From the NCBI GenBank assembly GCA_964437705.1, contig CAYTHX010000002.1, positions 16,916 through 80,915 on the forward strand: a DNA stretch of 64,000 nucleotides, read 5' to 3'. Of the stretch, positions 11,318-21,204 are shown in pieces (position 1 is the stretch's first letter; each line of letters opens with the position of its first letter). The stretch is from an uncultured Nitrososphaeria archaeon (GTDB lineage: Archaea; Thermoproteota; Nitrososphaeria; Geothermarchaeales; JDFR-13). Both the position numbers and the translations under genes were made by a program. The notes under the pieces were generated by a model, which saw nothing but the letters and a program-made list of their open reading frames with translations, was not told where the DNA came from and made no database searches.

Positions 11318-11392
11318 TTAAGTAGTGGAAAAGTTAATTTATCCCTAAAAGCTAAAGGACTATCCTGATTTTATGGAAAAATAAGGTTATTT

Positions 11393-12898
11393 TTAGATAA
11401 ACTGTAGGAATAGTTCAGCCGCCTTTATAGCTAAGTTGTAGAATGGCTGTGGATAGAATCCATATATCAACATTATCGCGATTAACAATATAAGTGATAT
11501 TTTAATCCATATAGATTCTTTTGCGCCTTTTTCAAGCACTACTTCAGTTGGTTCTGCAAAGAATACTCTCTGTAGCAGCCATAAATAGAAGATAACGGCG
11601 AGAACACTATTTAGGACACCTAGTACTGCTAGTCCCCATAAGCCAGCTTCTATAGATGAGTATATTAAGAACCATTTACTCCAGAATCCTGGTAATGGTG
11701 GCATACCAGCTAAGCCGAGCAATGCAATAATTAACGAAGCAGCAGTTAGAGGCATAACCTTACCTAATCCCTCAATATCACTTATTCTTCTGGTTTTAAG
11801 TGTATGGATTATTGCACCTACTGCTAAGAATGCCAATCCCTTACCTAACGCGTGACTAAATGTATGTAGGATTGCAGAGGATATTCCAGATATTTGACTA
11901 CCATAGATTGCAGCTGAAATCCCAATCAGTATGAACCCTATATTTGTTATACTGCTATATGCTAGTAGACGCTTTATATCCTCTTGCAGCAAGGCTAAGA
12001 GATTAGCTACAGTCATTGTTAATGCAGCAACTACCGCCATCGAGATACCTAAGCTATATGAGAGGTTACCTGCAGCTGGAACTACAAACCTAATGATACC
12101 TAATATGCCAGCTTTAATGACAATTCCAGACAAGACTGCACTTATAGGGCTTGGTGCTGCTGGGTGGGCATCTGGAAGCCAAGTCCAGAATGGGAAAAAT
12201 GCAGCTTTGATCCCGAAGCCTATCAGCAATAGGCTTAATACAAATACTAGAAGAGTTATTGGCGCTGTTGGCAACATTTTTATAATTAAGTGAATATTTA
12301 GACTACCGGTAATTCCATACACGAATGAGATGCCGTATAGCATAATTAGCGATCCTAATCCACTCATTAGTAGATATTTAACACCAGCTTCCACTGGTTC
12401 ATCTAGGTGGTACCTAAATGCTACTAGGACGTAGCTGCTAATTGCCATTAGTTCCCATAAGACAAAGAATGTAAAGAGATCAGCAGCATATGTTAATCCA
12501 ACTAATCCTGTAGTCATTAATTGCAATAGTAGATAGTAACTTGGTAAGTGCTTATCATGCTCCATATATGATACTGAGTGTATAGCTGCTGCTAAGGATA
12601 CAATTAAGAAGATTATTGTAAAGAACAAACCCATCAAGTCTATAACTAGTCTAGAATCTATCGGGGAGCCAATAACTGCAATCTCTATGGGACCATTATT
12701 TAACACGTAATCAATATTTAAGATTGAGAGTATTAATGATATTAAGAATGATATTGCTGCCCACACTCCAAGGTACTTAACCCTATCCTTTAATATAAAA
12801 TTGATTAAGGGAGTTAGTACAATAAATATGACTAATGATATTAGTGGGTATAGTCCCCTATCAATCTGGCCTAATAATCCACATAACATGCATGTCAT
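11393..12898 (-). CDS. nuoN: NADH-quinone oxidoreductase subunit N
   Basis: 14-TM antiporter-like subunit. Last gene of the nuo operon, overlapping nuoM. Confidence 0.8.
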   Translation of the reverse strand: MTCMLCGLLGQIDRGLYPLISLVIFIVLTPLINFILKDRVKYLGVWAAISFLISLILSILNIDYVLNNGPIEIAVIGSPIDSRLVIDLMGLFFTIIFLIVSLAAAIHSVSYMEHDKHLPSYYLLLQLMTTGLVGLTYAADLFTFFVLWELMAISSYVLVAFRYHLDEPVEAGVKYLLMSGLGSLIMLYGISFVYGITGSLNIHLIIKMLPTAPITLLVFVLSLLLIGFGIKAAFFPFWTWLPDAHPAAPSPISAVLSGIVIKAGILGIIRFVVPAAGNLSYSLGISMAVVAALTMTVANLLALLQEDIKRLLAYSSITNIGFILIGISAAIYGSQISGISSAILHTFSHALGKGLAFLAVGAIIHTLKTRRISDIEGLGKVMPLTAASLIIALLGLAGMPPLPGFWSKWFLIYSSIEAGLWGLAVLGVLNSVLAVIFYLWLLQRVFFAEPTEVVLEKGAKESIWIKISLILLIAIMLIYGFYPQPFYNLAIKAAELFLQFI

Positions 12899-14370
12899 GG
12901 ATTCAACACCTCCTTAACAAACTCCAAGCCGGGAATCACATACTTTAATAGTAGTGAGGGATATATTCCTAAGATTACTGCCGTAACTGCTAATATAAAC
13001 ATGGGTATTAGCATTGGTAGTGGTGGGTCCTTGGCATCCTTTAAGGCTTCATTTAAAGGTCCAAAGAAAACTCTTCGAATGAAGTATGTCATATATGCTG
13101 CTGAAATGCCTGTTGATAAAACAGCGAATGCAAGTAGTAAGTACTTATATGGAGACACGGATTCATACCCGCCTAGAAATATCAGGAATTCGCTGATAAA
13201 GCTTGATATTCCTGGTAGTCCAGCTATACCCATAGCACCAACTACAGCTAAGCTAGCTGTTATAGGCATTTTTGTAGCTAACCCACCTAGCTTTCTCATA
13301 TCTCTGATACCAACTTGGTGAATTAGTACTCCAGCGACCATGAATAGGAGACCCTTTAGTAGGCCGTGGTTAAAGATATGGAAAATACTACCTTCTATCC
13401 CTGTTTGTGTTGCTGCAGCTACTCCAAAGAACATGTAGCCCATCTGGCTTATACTACTATACGCGAGAAGCCTCTTGACATCATTCTGTGTTAATGCCAT
13501 TAATCCGCCATATAGCATGGATATAAGTGCTAATGTCATTAAAATTGTAGTTCCAGTACATGTATTCCATTTTGAAGATGTTATTGGTAAAACTATTCTT
13601 ATCAAGGCATATAGTCCTATCTCAATCATTACTCCACTCAATATTACACTTATAGGTGTTGGTGCTTCCGCGTGTGCTTCAGGTAACCAGCCATGTAATG
13701 GGACAATAGCCATTTTTACGCCAAAACCTGCGACAAAGGCTGTTAGTAGCAGTAAAAGCTCACGTGAACCGACATATGACCTTACTAGTACCAGATCCTT
13801 AAACTCGAAACTTCCAATTAGAGATCCAACATATAGAATTCCTAGTAGAATTAATATTGAACCTAGCTGTGTATATAGGAAGTATTTATATGCTACTCTT
13901 CTTCTATCACCATATCCCCATCCAGCAATTAGTAGGTAGCTTGGAACAAGCATTAATTCCCAAAAGAAGAAGAACTGTATCAAGTTTGTGCTTGCCACTG
14001 CTCCAAGCATGCCAGCAACATAGAGCATATAATATGCATAGTATGCTTCATGTCCCTCTTCATGCTCAAGGTATGTTACTGAATATATTGCTGCTAATGC
14101 TGTTACAAATAGTATTATTAATGCTATTGCATAACTAACGCCATCTAGTAGGAAGCCTAGCGAGACCCTTATATAATCTGTTTCTATCCACTTGAAATAC
14201 TCAAATACACTATGGTTCCTTAGTAACTCGCCTCCAAGAGATAGTAGGTATAATAATGTTATCCAAATAGGTATCGATGCTACGTAGCCACCTTTGGATT
14301 TGATATACTTACTTATCACATATACTATAGGGGAGAAAAGTATTATCATAGCTATACACGCTATAAGCAT
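12895..14370 (-). CDS. nuoM: NADH-quinone oxidoreductase subunit M
   Basis: Antiporter-like subunit with conserved WLPEAHAEAPTP and SSISQMGY motifs. Confidence 0.85.
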   Translation of the reverse strand: MLIACIAMIILFSPIVYVISKYIKSKGGYVASIPIWITLLYLLSLGGELLRNHSVFEYFKWIETDYIRVSLGFLLDGVSYAIALIILFVTALAAIYSVTYLEHEEGHEAYYAYYMLYVAGMLGAVASTNLIQFFFFWELMLVPSYLLIAGWGYGDRRRVAYKYFLYTQLGSILILLGILYVGSLIGSFEFKDLVLVRSYVGSRELLLLLTAFVAGFGVKMAIVPLHGWLPEAHAEAPTPISVILSGVMIEIGLYALIRIVLPITSSKWNTCTGTTILMTLALISMLYGGLMALTQNDVKRLLAYSSISQMGYMFFGVAAATQTGIEGSIFHIFNHGLLKGLLFMVAGVLIHQVGIRDMRKLGGLATKMPITASLAVVGAMGIAGLPGISSFISEFLIFLGGYESVSPYKYLLLAFAVLSTGISAAYMTYFIRRVFFGPLNEALKDAKDPPLPMLIPMFILAVTAVILGIYPSLLLKYVIPGLEFVKEVLNP

Positions 14371-16416
14371 TTAGCCACCACCTCCTATGATTAAGGTTAA
14401 GAGTACAAGCAGCAGTAGACCTAAGATTATGTATATTATATTTACTCGTAGGTAACCAGTTTGTATAGGTCTAAATGTATTTGATAATTTTGTGTATAAT
14501 CCCTTTATTAGGTCACCAGCGCCATTGCACTCAATAAATGCGAATATCCCTTCTGCTAATAGCATTAGTCCATCTACAAATATCTTGTAGTATATTGTAT
14601 TGATATACCACCTCTCGTATAAGAATCTCCATAATTTACTTAATGTATTTGATTTTGAAACTAGCTTTTTGTAGTCTACTGTTCTTTTGATATACATACT
14701 ATATGACGGGTATAGGCCTATTATAATAATTATTGCTGTTAATGCTATGAATGGAGAGGCGAATGTATGAATAATAAATGTCCCTATATCAACTGGATGA
14801 ACATGTATTCCTAAATATTTACTCATCGGATTTAAGAAGAATTCATGGAGACCGGATAAAAGAAATCCGCCTATTAGACTTCCAAACGCAAGTATATATA
14901 GTGGTATCATCATAAATGGTCCTGGATCATGTAAGTGGTTGTGATGATGCTCAGAGTGTTGATGCTCATGCGGATACTCCCCGAAGAAGGTAAGCCCTAA
15001 AAGCCTGAAGCTGTAGAATACTGTGAGTATAGCTGTTATTGTTAATAGTATAAATAGTCCTAACCTTCCCTCAGCATATAGTGCATGTAGGATACTATCT
15101 TTGCTGAAGAAGCCGTTGAATGGTGGAACTCCGGATAGTGCTAGTAATCCTACTAGCATAACAGCATAAGTCTTTGGTAGGTATTTCTTAAGACCACCTG
15201 CATCTTTTAGTAAGTAACTGCCTATTGCGTGGCCAATTGAACCAGCGCTTAAGAATAGAAGAGCTTTAAATACTGCATGGCTATAGAGATGTGAAATTCC
15301 AGCTAGATAGCTTTCTATAAATAGGTGTTCTTCCTCCATGCATAGTCCAGCAGCACCAATAATAGATATCATATATCCAAGCTGACTTATAGTTGAGTAT
15401 GCAAGTACCTTTTTAATTTGATCTGCAACCATACCCATGGTTGCTGCTAGAAATGCCGTGAATGCGCCTATCCAAGCTACCGTTAAGAAGAATATATGTA
15501 ATGAGGGGGCTATTAATTCTCCAACATGATGGTAAGCTAAGTAAAGTATCGGAGTTACTCTCGCAACTAGGTATACTCCAGCCTTAACCATCGTTGCTGC
15601 GTGTATTAATGCGCTAACAGTTGTTGGTCCAGCCATTGCTTCTGGAAGCCATACATGAAGTGGAAACTGTGCAGATTTGCCTATTGGGCCTAAGAACATA
15701 AGTATGAGTGTTATAGCTAGTAGGCCATCCCTCGCTAAGGATACTATCCATGTAAAGTTACTTGATAACTCCATAAAGTTCAGTGTTCCTGAATATAGGT
15801 AGATTACAATTATTGAGATTAGTAGACCGACATCTCCTATTCTTGTTACAACGAATGCCTTCATTCCAGCATGAGATGGGGGATATGGTCCGATCCAGTA
15901 TTTTTTCTCATCTTTATAGTAATATCCGATTAGTGCGTAACTTGCGAAGCCTACGCCCTCCCATCCAAAGAACATAGGTAGGAAGCTATCTGCTAATACC
16001 AGTAGCTCCATGGACCCTATGAATATATTCATGAGCATCCAATACCTTGTTATTGATTCGTCTCCATGCATGTATTCAATTGAGTATACCATTATTAGAA
16101 AGCCTATCCATGCAACAATATTTGCCATAAATACACTTAATGGATCAATTAATACACCTACTGATAGACCACCCCATGGTAGTGGTAACCAATTTTCGAA
16201 TGTCCAGTCATAGGGAATTGAGTGTTTAGCTCCATTTATAATTACTACGCCGTTAAATACATCTGGAATCATAGATGCAGACAAAATTGCAGATATGAAA
16301 ACGGCACCTACAGCAATTATATCCCTCAGTTTGTGGCTAATCTTTTCGGTTATTGGATGTGTAAATGCAGCTATAAATGGGATTATCCATATTAGCCATG
16401 GAGCATACGATATCAT
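14371..16416 (-). CDS. nuoL: NADH-quinone oxidoreductase subunit L (long form)
   Basis: WLPEAMAGPTTVSALIHAATMV motif. 681 aa with a C-terminal extension. Confidence 0.85.
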   Translation of the reverse strand: MISYAPWLIWIIPFIAAFTHPITEKISHKLRDIIAVGAVFISAILSASMIPDVFNGVVIINGAKHSIPYDWTFENWLPLPWGGLSVGVLIDPLSVFMANIVAWIGFLIMVYSIEYMHGDESITRYWMLMNIFIGSMELLVLADSFLPMFFGWEGVGFASYALIGYYYKDEKKYWIGPYPPSHAGMKAFVVTRIGDVGLLISIIVIYLYSGTLNFMELSSNFTWIVSLARDGLLAITLILMFLGPIGKSAQFPLHVWLPEAMAGPTTVSALIHAATMVKAGVYLVARVTPILYLAYHHVGELIAPSLHIFFLTVAWIGAFTAFLAATMGMVADQIKKVLAYSTISQLGYMISIIGAAGLCMEEEHLFIESYLAGISHLYSHAVFKALLFLSAGSIGHAIGSYLLKDAGGLKKYLPKTYAVMLVGLLALSGVPPFNGFFSKDSILHALYAEGRLGLFILLTITAILTVFYSFRLLGLTFFGEYPHEHQHSEHHHNHLHDPGPFMMIPLYILAFGSLIGGFLLSGLHEFFLNPMSKYLGIHVHPVDIGTFIIHTFASPFIALTAIIIIIGLYPSYSMYIKRTVDYKKLVSKSNTLSKLWRFLYERWYINTIYYKIFVDGLMLLAEGIFAFIECNGAGDLIKGLYTKLSNTFRPIQTGYLRVNIIYIILGLLLLVLLTLIIGGGG

Positions 16417-16419
16417 TAC

Positions 16420-16737
16420 CTACCACCTCAACCTCCTTAAAATATCTACATCTAAACTTCGATACTTCCTATATACAACTAATGTTAATGCTAATCCGAC
16501 GCCAACCAAGGCACCATCTAATAAGATTGAAGTGATTACAATTGCATGTGGAAGTGGATCTAGAAAACCTGGAAACTTAATTAGCGACAAAGTGATAAAG
16601 TTAATATTCACTCCTGTAGCTATGATTTCTAAGCCAATTAGCATTCTTAGTAAATTCCTCTTGGCAACCATAATATATATTCCTAATATAACTAGTATGA
16701 AAGCCGTAAATATTAGTGACATTTCAGGCTTTATCAT
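16420..16737 (-). CDS. nuoK: NADH-quinone oxidoreductase subunit K
   Basis: About 100 aa, three TM helices (LIGLEIIATGVNINF). Position in the operon fits. Confidence 0.75.
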   Translation of the reverse strand: MIKPEMSLIFTAFILVILGIYIMVAKRNLLRMLIGLEIIATGVNINFITLSLIKFPGFLDPLPHAIVITSILLDGALVGVGLALTLVVYRKYRSLDVDILRRLRW

Positions 16738-17006
16738 CTTTTCCTCACCTCAACAACATAAATTAATACTCCAGCTAGAGCGGCAAACAGAACTAATGAC
16801 TGGAATATTGTATCGTAAAGTCTTTCACGCCATAAATATATAGACTCAAGCATTGATGCATTCTCAAATGATATTTTAATAGATGCAGGTGTTGATGTTG
16901 AAAGTATATTTATAGGGATGCTTGCTAAGATGTATCCCCCTATAATTAACAATACTACTACCACTACTGAACCAGCTATAGATATTTTATTCATCACTTC
17001 TACCAC
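16734..17006 (-). CDS. nuoJ: NADH-quinone oxidoreductase subunit J, C-terminal part (split or frameshifted)
   Basis: 90-aa TM protein between nuoK and the other nuoJ piece. It overlaps that piece by 20 nt in a different frame. Confidence 0.55.
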   Translation of the reverse strand: MVEVMNKISIAGSVVVVVLLIIGGYILASIPINILSTSTPASIKISFENASMLESIYLWRERLYDTIFQSLVLFAALAGVLIYVVEVRKR

Positions 17007-17235
17007 CTCTCGTCATTATAAATACCATTATAAAGAAAACCATTATTGCACCAGAAAATACAGCAAATTGTACTATTGCAACATATATAGCTCCTAACAT
17101 GTAAAATAAGATTCCAGTAATAACGGTGATTATGAATAGTGACAATACAGCATAACCTAAGTTTTTATGTTCGCATGCTATTATTGCTAGAATAATCAGT
17201 AGTATATCAATTATATATATAGCGAGATCCATCAT
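16987..17235 (-). CDS. nuoJ: NADH-quinone oxidoreductase subunit J, N-terminal part
   Basis: 82-aa TM protein directly downstream of nuoI. It gives a full-length NuoJ only when combined with 16734..17006. Confidence 0.55.
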   Translation of the reverse strand: MMDLAIYIIDILLIILAIIACEHKNLGYAVLSLFIITVITGILFYMLGAIYVAIVQFAVFSGAIMVFFIMVFIMTRGGRSDE

Positions 17236-17732
17236 GTGACTCTCCTCCTTATATATCGAATACCATATTTAGCATCTATTACAGGTTCTAATTCATATTT
17301 TAACTCGGGAAGAATCTCCTTGATATTAGGTTTAACTGATAACTTTTTAGGGTCATATATTAAGTCATCTCTCGATTCACTAGTAACTTCAACTATGGGT
17401 GTATGTACTAATGCTCTTCTTGGACAATACTCAACGCATAGTCCACAATAGCAACATCTTCCATAGTCTATTCGAGGATGGGTATATTTACTACCTTCAA
17501 CCTCAACCATTTTTATCGCATTAACAGGACATATCCATGCACATACTCCACATCCAATACATTTATCAATATAAAGAACATGCCTACCTCTAGTTCTTTC
17601 AAAACCTTTCTGTCTTTCAAATGGATACTTATGAGTCATCGGAGGCTTAATATTATGTTTTGCAACTTCTACTACAGGTACTACAATCCTACTTAAGAGA
17701 GATTTACTTTTACCCAAGCCTAACCACCCCAT
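17232..17732 (-). CDS. nuoI: NADH-quinone oxidoreductase subunit I (2x[4Fe-4S])
   Basis: CIGCGVCAWICP and CCYCGLCVEYCP. Confidence 0.85.
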   Translation of the reverse strand: MGWLGLGKSKSLLSRIVVPVVEVAKHNIKPPMTHKYPFERQKGFERTRGRHVLYIDKCIGCGVCAWICPVNAIKMVEVEGSKYTHPRIDYGRCCYCGLCVEYCPRRALVHTPIVEVTSESRDDLIYDPKKLSVKPNIKEILPELKYELEPVIDAKYGIRYIRRRVT

Positions 17733-18751
17733 AGACCTGGGAAATAATACTTAAGGAGGATCGTAATTACTAAATTGATAAATGATAGAGGAATCAATAC
17801 ACGCCATCCTAATCTAACTGCTTGATCCACTCTTAGCCTTGCATAACTGATTTTAACTGTTAGTATAACTACCATTACTATGAATAGCTTAATTAATGTC
17901 CAGAATATTCCAGAAATAGTTTCATTCCCAAATATATTAGGTCCATTATATCCTCCAAGGTATAGTACGACTAATAATAGTGACCAAGCTAACCAATTTA
18001 TGTAGTCTGCTTCCATCATTAATAGGTATAGTGGACCCGTATACTCAGTTTTGACCCCAAATACGAGCTCGACCTCTGCGACAGGGAAGTCCATAGGTAT
18101 TCTTTCTGTCATCCCAAGATAACCGATTAAGAATACAATAAAGCCTAGTATTTGGGGAATTATAAACCAGATTTTTCTCTGAGCTTCAACTATACTTACT
18201 AGATCATATGTACCAGCAAGTATTACGACTCCTAAGACTGAGAGCACTATAGGAATTTCTGCAGCTACATCCATATATATTGTTCTTAACGCACCAATAA
18301 TCGTGAACTTATTATTTGAAACCCATCCAATTAGCATTGATAGAACTGGGTATATAGTTGCTAGTGCTAGGAATAGTATTAAGCCATTTCCACCTGCATC
18401 GTAGAGAATATAATCTTTAGCATATGGTATTAGTACTACTAGTATTGCTGGAATTACTGGTAATATTATCGGTAGAAGGAAGAATAATAGTCTTAGTGAG
18501 AATCTAGGCACAATAAACTCTTTAGTTATTAGCTTAATTGCATCTGCAATTAACTGAAGCCAACCTAAAACTTTACCACAGTGAACAGGACCCATTCTAA
18601 CCATTAATCTAGCTAAGTATTTTCGCTCGAACCATACAGCGAAAATTAAAAATCCAAAGATGAATGCTAATCCTGGGAAAACTGTAATCATGAAGAGAGT
18701 TTTAAAGTTAGCTTCTACAAATTTTAATATACTCTCTATCATGTTAATCAC
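17720..18751 (-). CDS. nuoH: NADH-quinone oxidoreductase subunit H
   Basis: Multi-TM protein with the ND1 signatures MQLRxGP (here RMGPVHCG) and RLRVDQ. Confidence 0.85.
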   Translation of the reverse strand: MINMIESILKFVEANFKTLFMITVFPGLAFIFGFLIFAVWFERKYLARLMVRMGPVHCGKVLGWLQLIADAIKLITKEFIVPRFSLRLLFFLLPIILPVIPAILVVLIPYAKDYILYDAGGNGLILFLALATIYPVLSMLIGWVSNNKFTIIGALRTIYMDVAAEIPIVLSVLGVVILAGTYDLVSIVEAQRKIWFIIPQILGFIVFLIGYLGMTERIPMDFPVAEVELVFGVKTEYTGPLYLLMMEADYINWLAWSLLLVVLYLGGYNGPNIFGNETISGIFWTLIKLFIVMVVILTVKISYARLRVDQAVRLGWRVLIPLSFINLVITILLKYYFPGLWGG

Positions 18752-19875
18752 CTATCAGCATCTAAAAACCAAGGATCTAGAGAGTAAAATATTGGTGGGA
18801 TATCAGCAAATCTTATTTCCTCAATCTTTGGTAGCATTTCAATTAGGAATATATTTCTAAAACTCGGTGCACTTATTTTAACTCTATATGGCTTATCCCT
18901 ACCATCTGACACTACATAAACGCCTAATTCGCCTCTTGCACTTTCAACTCTAGCATAAACTTCACCTCTAGGTACATTTTGTGGAACAGTTTTCTTGACT
19001 GGTCCTTCAGGCATGTTATCAAGGGCTTGTTCGATGATATCTAAGCTTACATACATCTCCTTAACTCTAACAGCACCTCTCGCATAAGAATCGCAATCTT
19101 TCTCAGTTACTATCTTAAAGTCTAACTCTTCATAAGCAGCATATGGCTCATTTTTCCTAGTATCATACGCTACGCCAGAAGCTCTTAATGAGGGGCCTGC
19201 CGCTCCCCACTCAATAGCTTTATCTCTAGGAATAACACCAACTTTTCTGGTTCTAATCTCAAATAAAAAGTTATCTATCCACGCATCCATGTATGTATCT
19301 AGCCTATCTCTAAAGAATTTTATCGCCTCCTTAGCTTTCTCCCTAAATCCATGTGGTAAATCTGCTCTTACACCTCCAGGAACGATAAAGCTGTAACTCC
19401 ACCTAGCGCCGGTTAACATTTCCATAAGATCTAAGAAGGGCTCTCTATCAGCCGTTGTCCATAAGAAAACAGCTGGATTCCATGCAGTAGACTCTGCTAG
19501 GAGACCTAAAGCATATGTGTGGCTTATAATCCTATTCATCTCTAGGACTATAGTTCTAATGTATTGTGCTCTTGGTGGTGCTTCTATTCCTAATAACTCC
19601 TCGATGGCCCTGACATATGCCATAGCTACGTGGGACGTATCAAGCATTACCATTCTTTCCATTGGTATAATTCCTTGTAGCCACCTGCGGTTTTCAAGTA
19701 TCTTCTCAATACCCCTATGACTATATCCAATATCAACTTCAACATCATATACTATTTCCCCATCAGTAGTTACTACTATTGTTCCTTGGCCACTTATTGG
19801 GTGCTGCGGACCTATTCTTACCCGCATTAATCCTCCTTCTAACTCCTTAACTTCTTCAATTGTCATTATACCCAT
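18748..19875 (-). CDS. nuoD: NADH-quinone oxidoreductase subunit D (49 kDa)
   Basis: RVRIGPQHP and ERxxGH motifs with a NiFe-hydrogenase large-subunit-like fold. Confidence 0.9.
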   Translation of the reverse strand: MGIMTIEEVKELEGGLMRVRIGPQHPISGQGTIVVTTDGEIVYDVEVDIGYSHRGIEKILENRRWLQGIIPMERMVMLDTSHVAMAYVRAIEELLGIEAPPRAQYIRTIVLEMNRIISHTYALGLLAESTAWNPAVFLWTTADREPFLDLMEMLTGARWSYSFIVPGGVRADLPHGFREKAKEAIKFFRDRLDTYMDAWIDNFLFEIRTRKVGVIPRDKAIEWGAAGPSLRASGVAYDTRKNEPYAAYEELDFKIVTEKDCDSYARGAVRVKEMYVSLDIIEQALDNMPEGPVKKTVPQNVPRGEVYARVESARGELGVYVVSDGRDKPYRVKISAPSFRNIFLIEMLPKIEEIRFADIPPIFYSLDPWFLDADR

Positions 19876-19885
19876 ATTTCATCAC

Positions 19886-20362
19886 CTACTTCTCAACTGT
19901 ATAAGGCTTTAATGAGAAATCTTTTCTCAGTGGATAACCTTCTTTCTCATAATCCCAATCCTCTGGAAGTAGAAGTCTCTTTAACTTTGGATGCCCCTTA
20001 AAGTCTATGCCAAACATCTCCCACGTTTCTCTCTCAAATTTCTGTACACCCCTCCATACCTCAACTAAGCTTTGAATAGTAGGGTTCTCTCTACTTATAT
20101 CAGTCTTCAATATTAGTACTATATTTTTATCTGACGACCATATAATCCAAAAGACCTCAAATACATTATTCTTCATGTAGTCAACAGCGCCTGCAGATAT
20201 AGGCATATCAAAACCTTCGTTCTTAAGGTAATAAGCTACATCTACAATCCTATCTGGACTAACTTTAACTACTATCCTATTATCTTTAGGTATCTTAAAT
20301 TCTAATATAGCGTCCCCAAACTCACTTTTTAATTTCTCTTCTAACGAGACCAACTTTCTCAC
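19886..20362 (-). CDS. nuoC: NADH-quinone oxidoreductase subunit C (30 kDa)
   Basis: ERExWEMFGI motif. Confidence 0.8.
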   Translation of the reverse strand: MRKLVSLEEKLKSEFGDAILEFKIPKDNRIVVKVSPDRIVDVAYYLKNEGFDMPISAGAVDYMKNNVFEVFWIIWSSDKNIVLILKTDISRENPTIQSLVEVWRGVQKFERETWEMFGIDFKGHPKLKRLLLPEDWDYEKEGYPLRKDFSLKPYTVEK

Positions 20363-20840
20363 CTAAAATCTTCTTTCTAAGAGTTAATGCTCCATGTAAT
20401 ATTGCCTCAGGTTTAGGTGGACAACCAGAAATATATACATCAACTGGTAGGTAATCCTCAACTTTAACAACTGAATAGCTATCATAAAACGGTCCTTTAC
20501 TAATTGTACATACACCAATATTAACTACATATCTTGGTTCTGGCATTTGCTCATAAAGACGAATGGCACGTATCATCATTTTTCTAGTAACATTACCAAC
20601 AAAGAAAATTGCATCCGACTGCCTAGTTGAGGCCATAGGTAAGATTCCCCATCTCTCCATATCATACCTAGGCCCACATACCTGCATAAACTCTGGGCTA
20701 CAGCATCCTGTTACATAGTGTATTGGCCAAATGCTAAACGACCTACCCCAATTGAATATCTTTCTTATAGGTTTAGGTAACTTTCTATATAGCCCTTCAA
20801 ATTTTTCGAGGTATTTACTCAATTTTTCTCGCCTCCTCAA
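20322..20840 (-). CDS. nuoB: NADH-quinone oxidoreductase subunit B (20 kDa, N2 cluster)
   Basis: GCCSPEFMQ, GxCxxxxGPF and SGCPP cluster ligands. Confidence 0.9.
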   Translation of the reverse strand: MRRREKLSKYLEKFEGLYRKLPKPIRKIFNWGRSFSIWPIHYVTGCCSPEFMQVCGPRYDMERWGILPMASTRQSDAIFFVGNVTRKMMIRAIRLYEQMPEPRYVVNIGVCTISKGPFYDSYSVVKVEDYLPVDVYISGCPPKPEAILHGALTLRKKILGEKVGLVRREIKK

Positions 20841-21186
20841 GCCCTTTTACGAAGAAGTATATTCCGACAGCAATAATCACTATATAAATTATAACTGGTA
20901 GTGGATTCAGAGCTTCAATAAAAATTCCAAGACTGGCCATCAGTATCCAGCTTAGAGCATCAAGTACAAAAAATGCTACTGCATACCCGAAATATCTCAT
21001 AGCTCCTAAAATCCTAACGTCTGCAGGTCGAAAATCAATTTCTTGTCCACATTCAAAAGTGTCCTCCTTTACTTTACCTCCAATCTTACCAACAAGAATA
21101 TATGCAATAACTGGGACAACAAGCCCAGATACAAAAAATGCTACTATAAATACCCATAACCAGATATGTGAGGTAAACTCTATCAA
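20815..21186 (-). CDS. nuoA: NADH-quinone oxidoreductase subunit A
   Basis: 123-aa, 3-TM protein with ECGQEI, at the head of the membrane-arm genes. Confidence 0.7.
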   Translation of the reverse strand: MIEFTSHIWLWVFIVAFFVSGLVVPVIAYILVGKIGGKVKEDTFECGQEIDFRPADVRILGAMRYFGYAVAFFVLDALSWILMASLGIFIEALNPLPVIIYIVIIAVGIYFFVKGLEEARKIE

Positions 21187-21204
21187 GTGTATCCCCCCTA
21201 TAAC

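Noticed and set aside
11931-16843. Antisense ORFs inside nuoN, nuoM and nuoL (e.g. 11931..12293, 13001..13321, 13475..13939, 13857..14138, 15783..15977, 16010..16213, 16295..16843)
   Set aside because: They are embedded in conserved membrane-subunit genes on the opposite strand. Their composition artefacts come from the hydrophobic codon bias.
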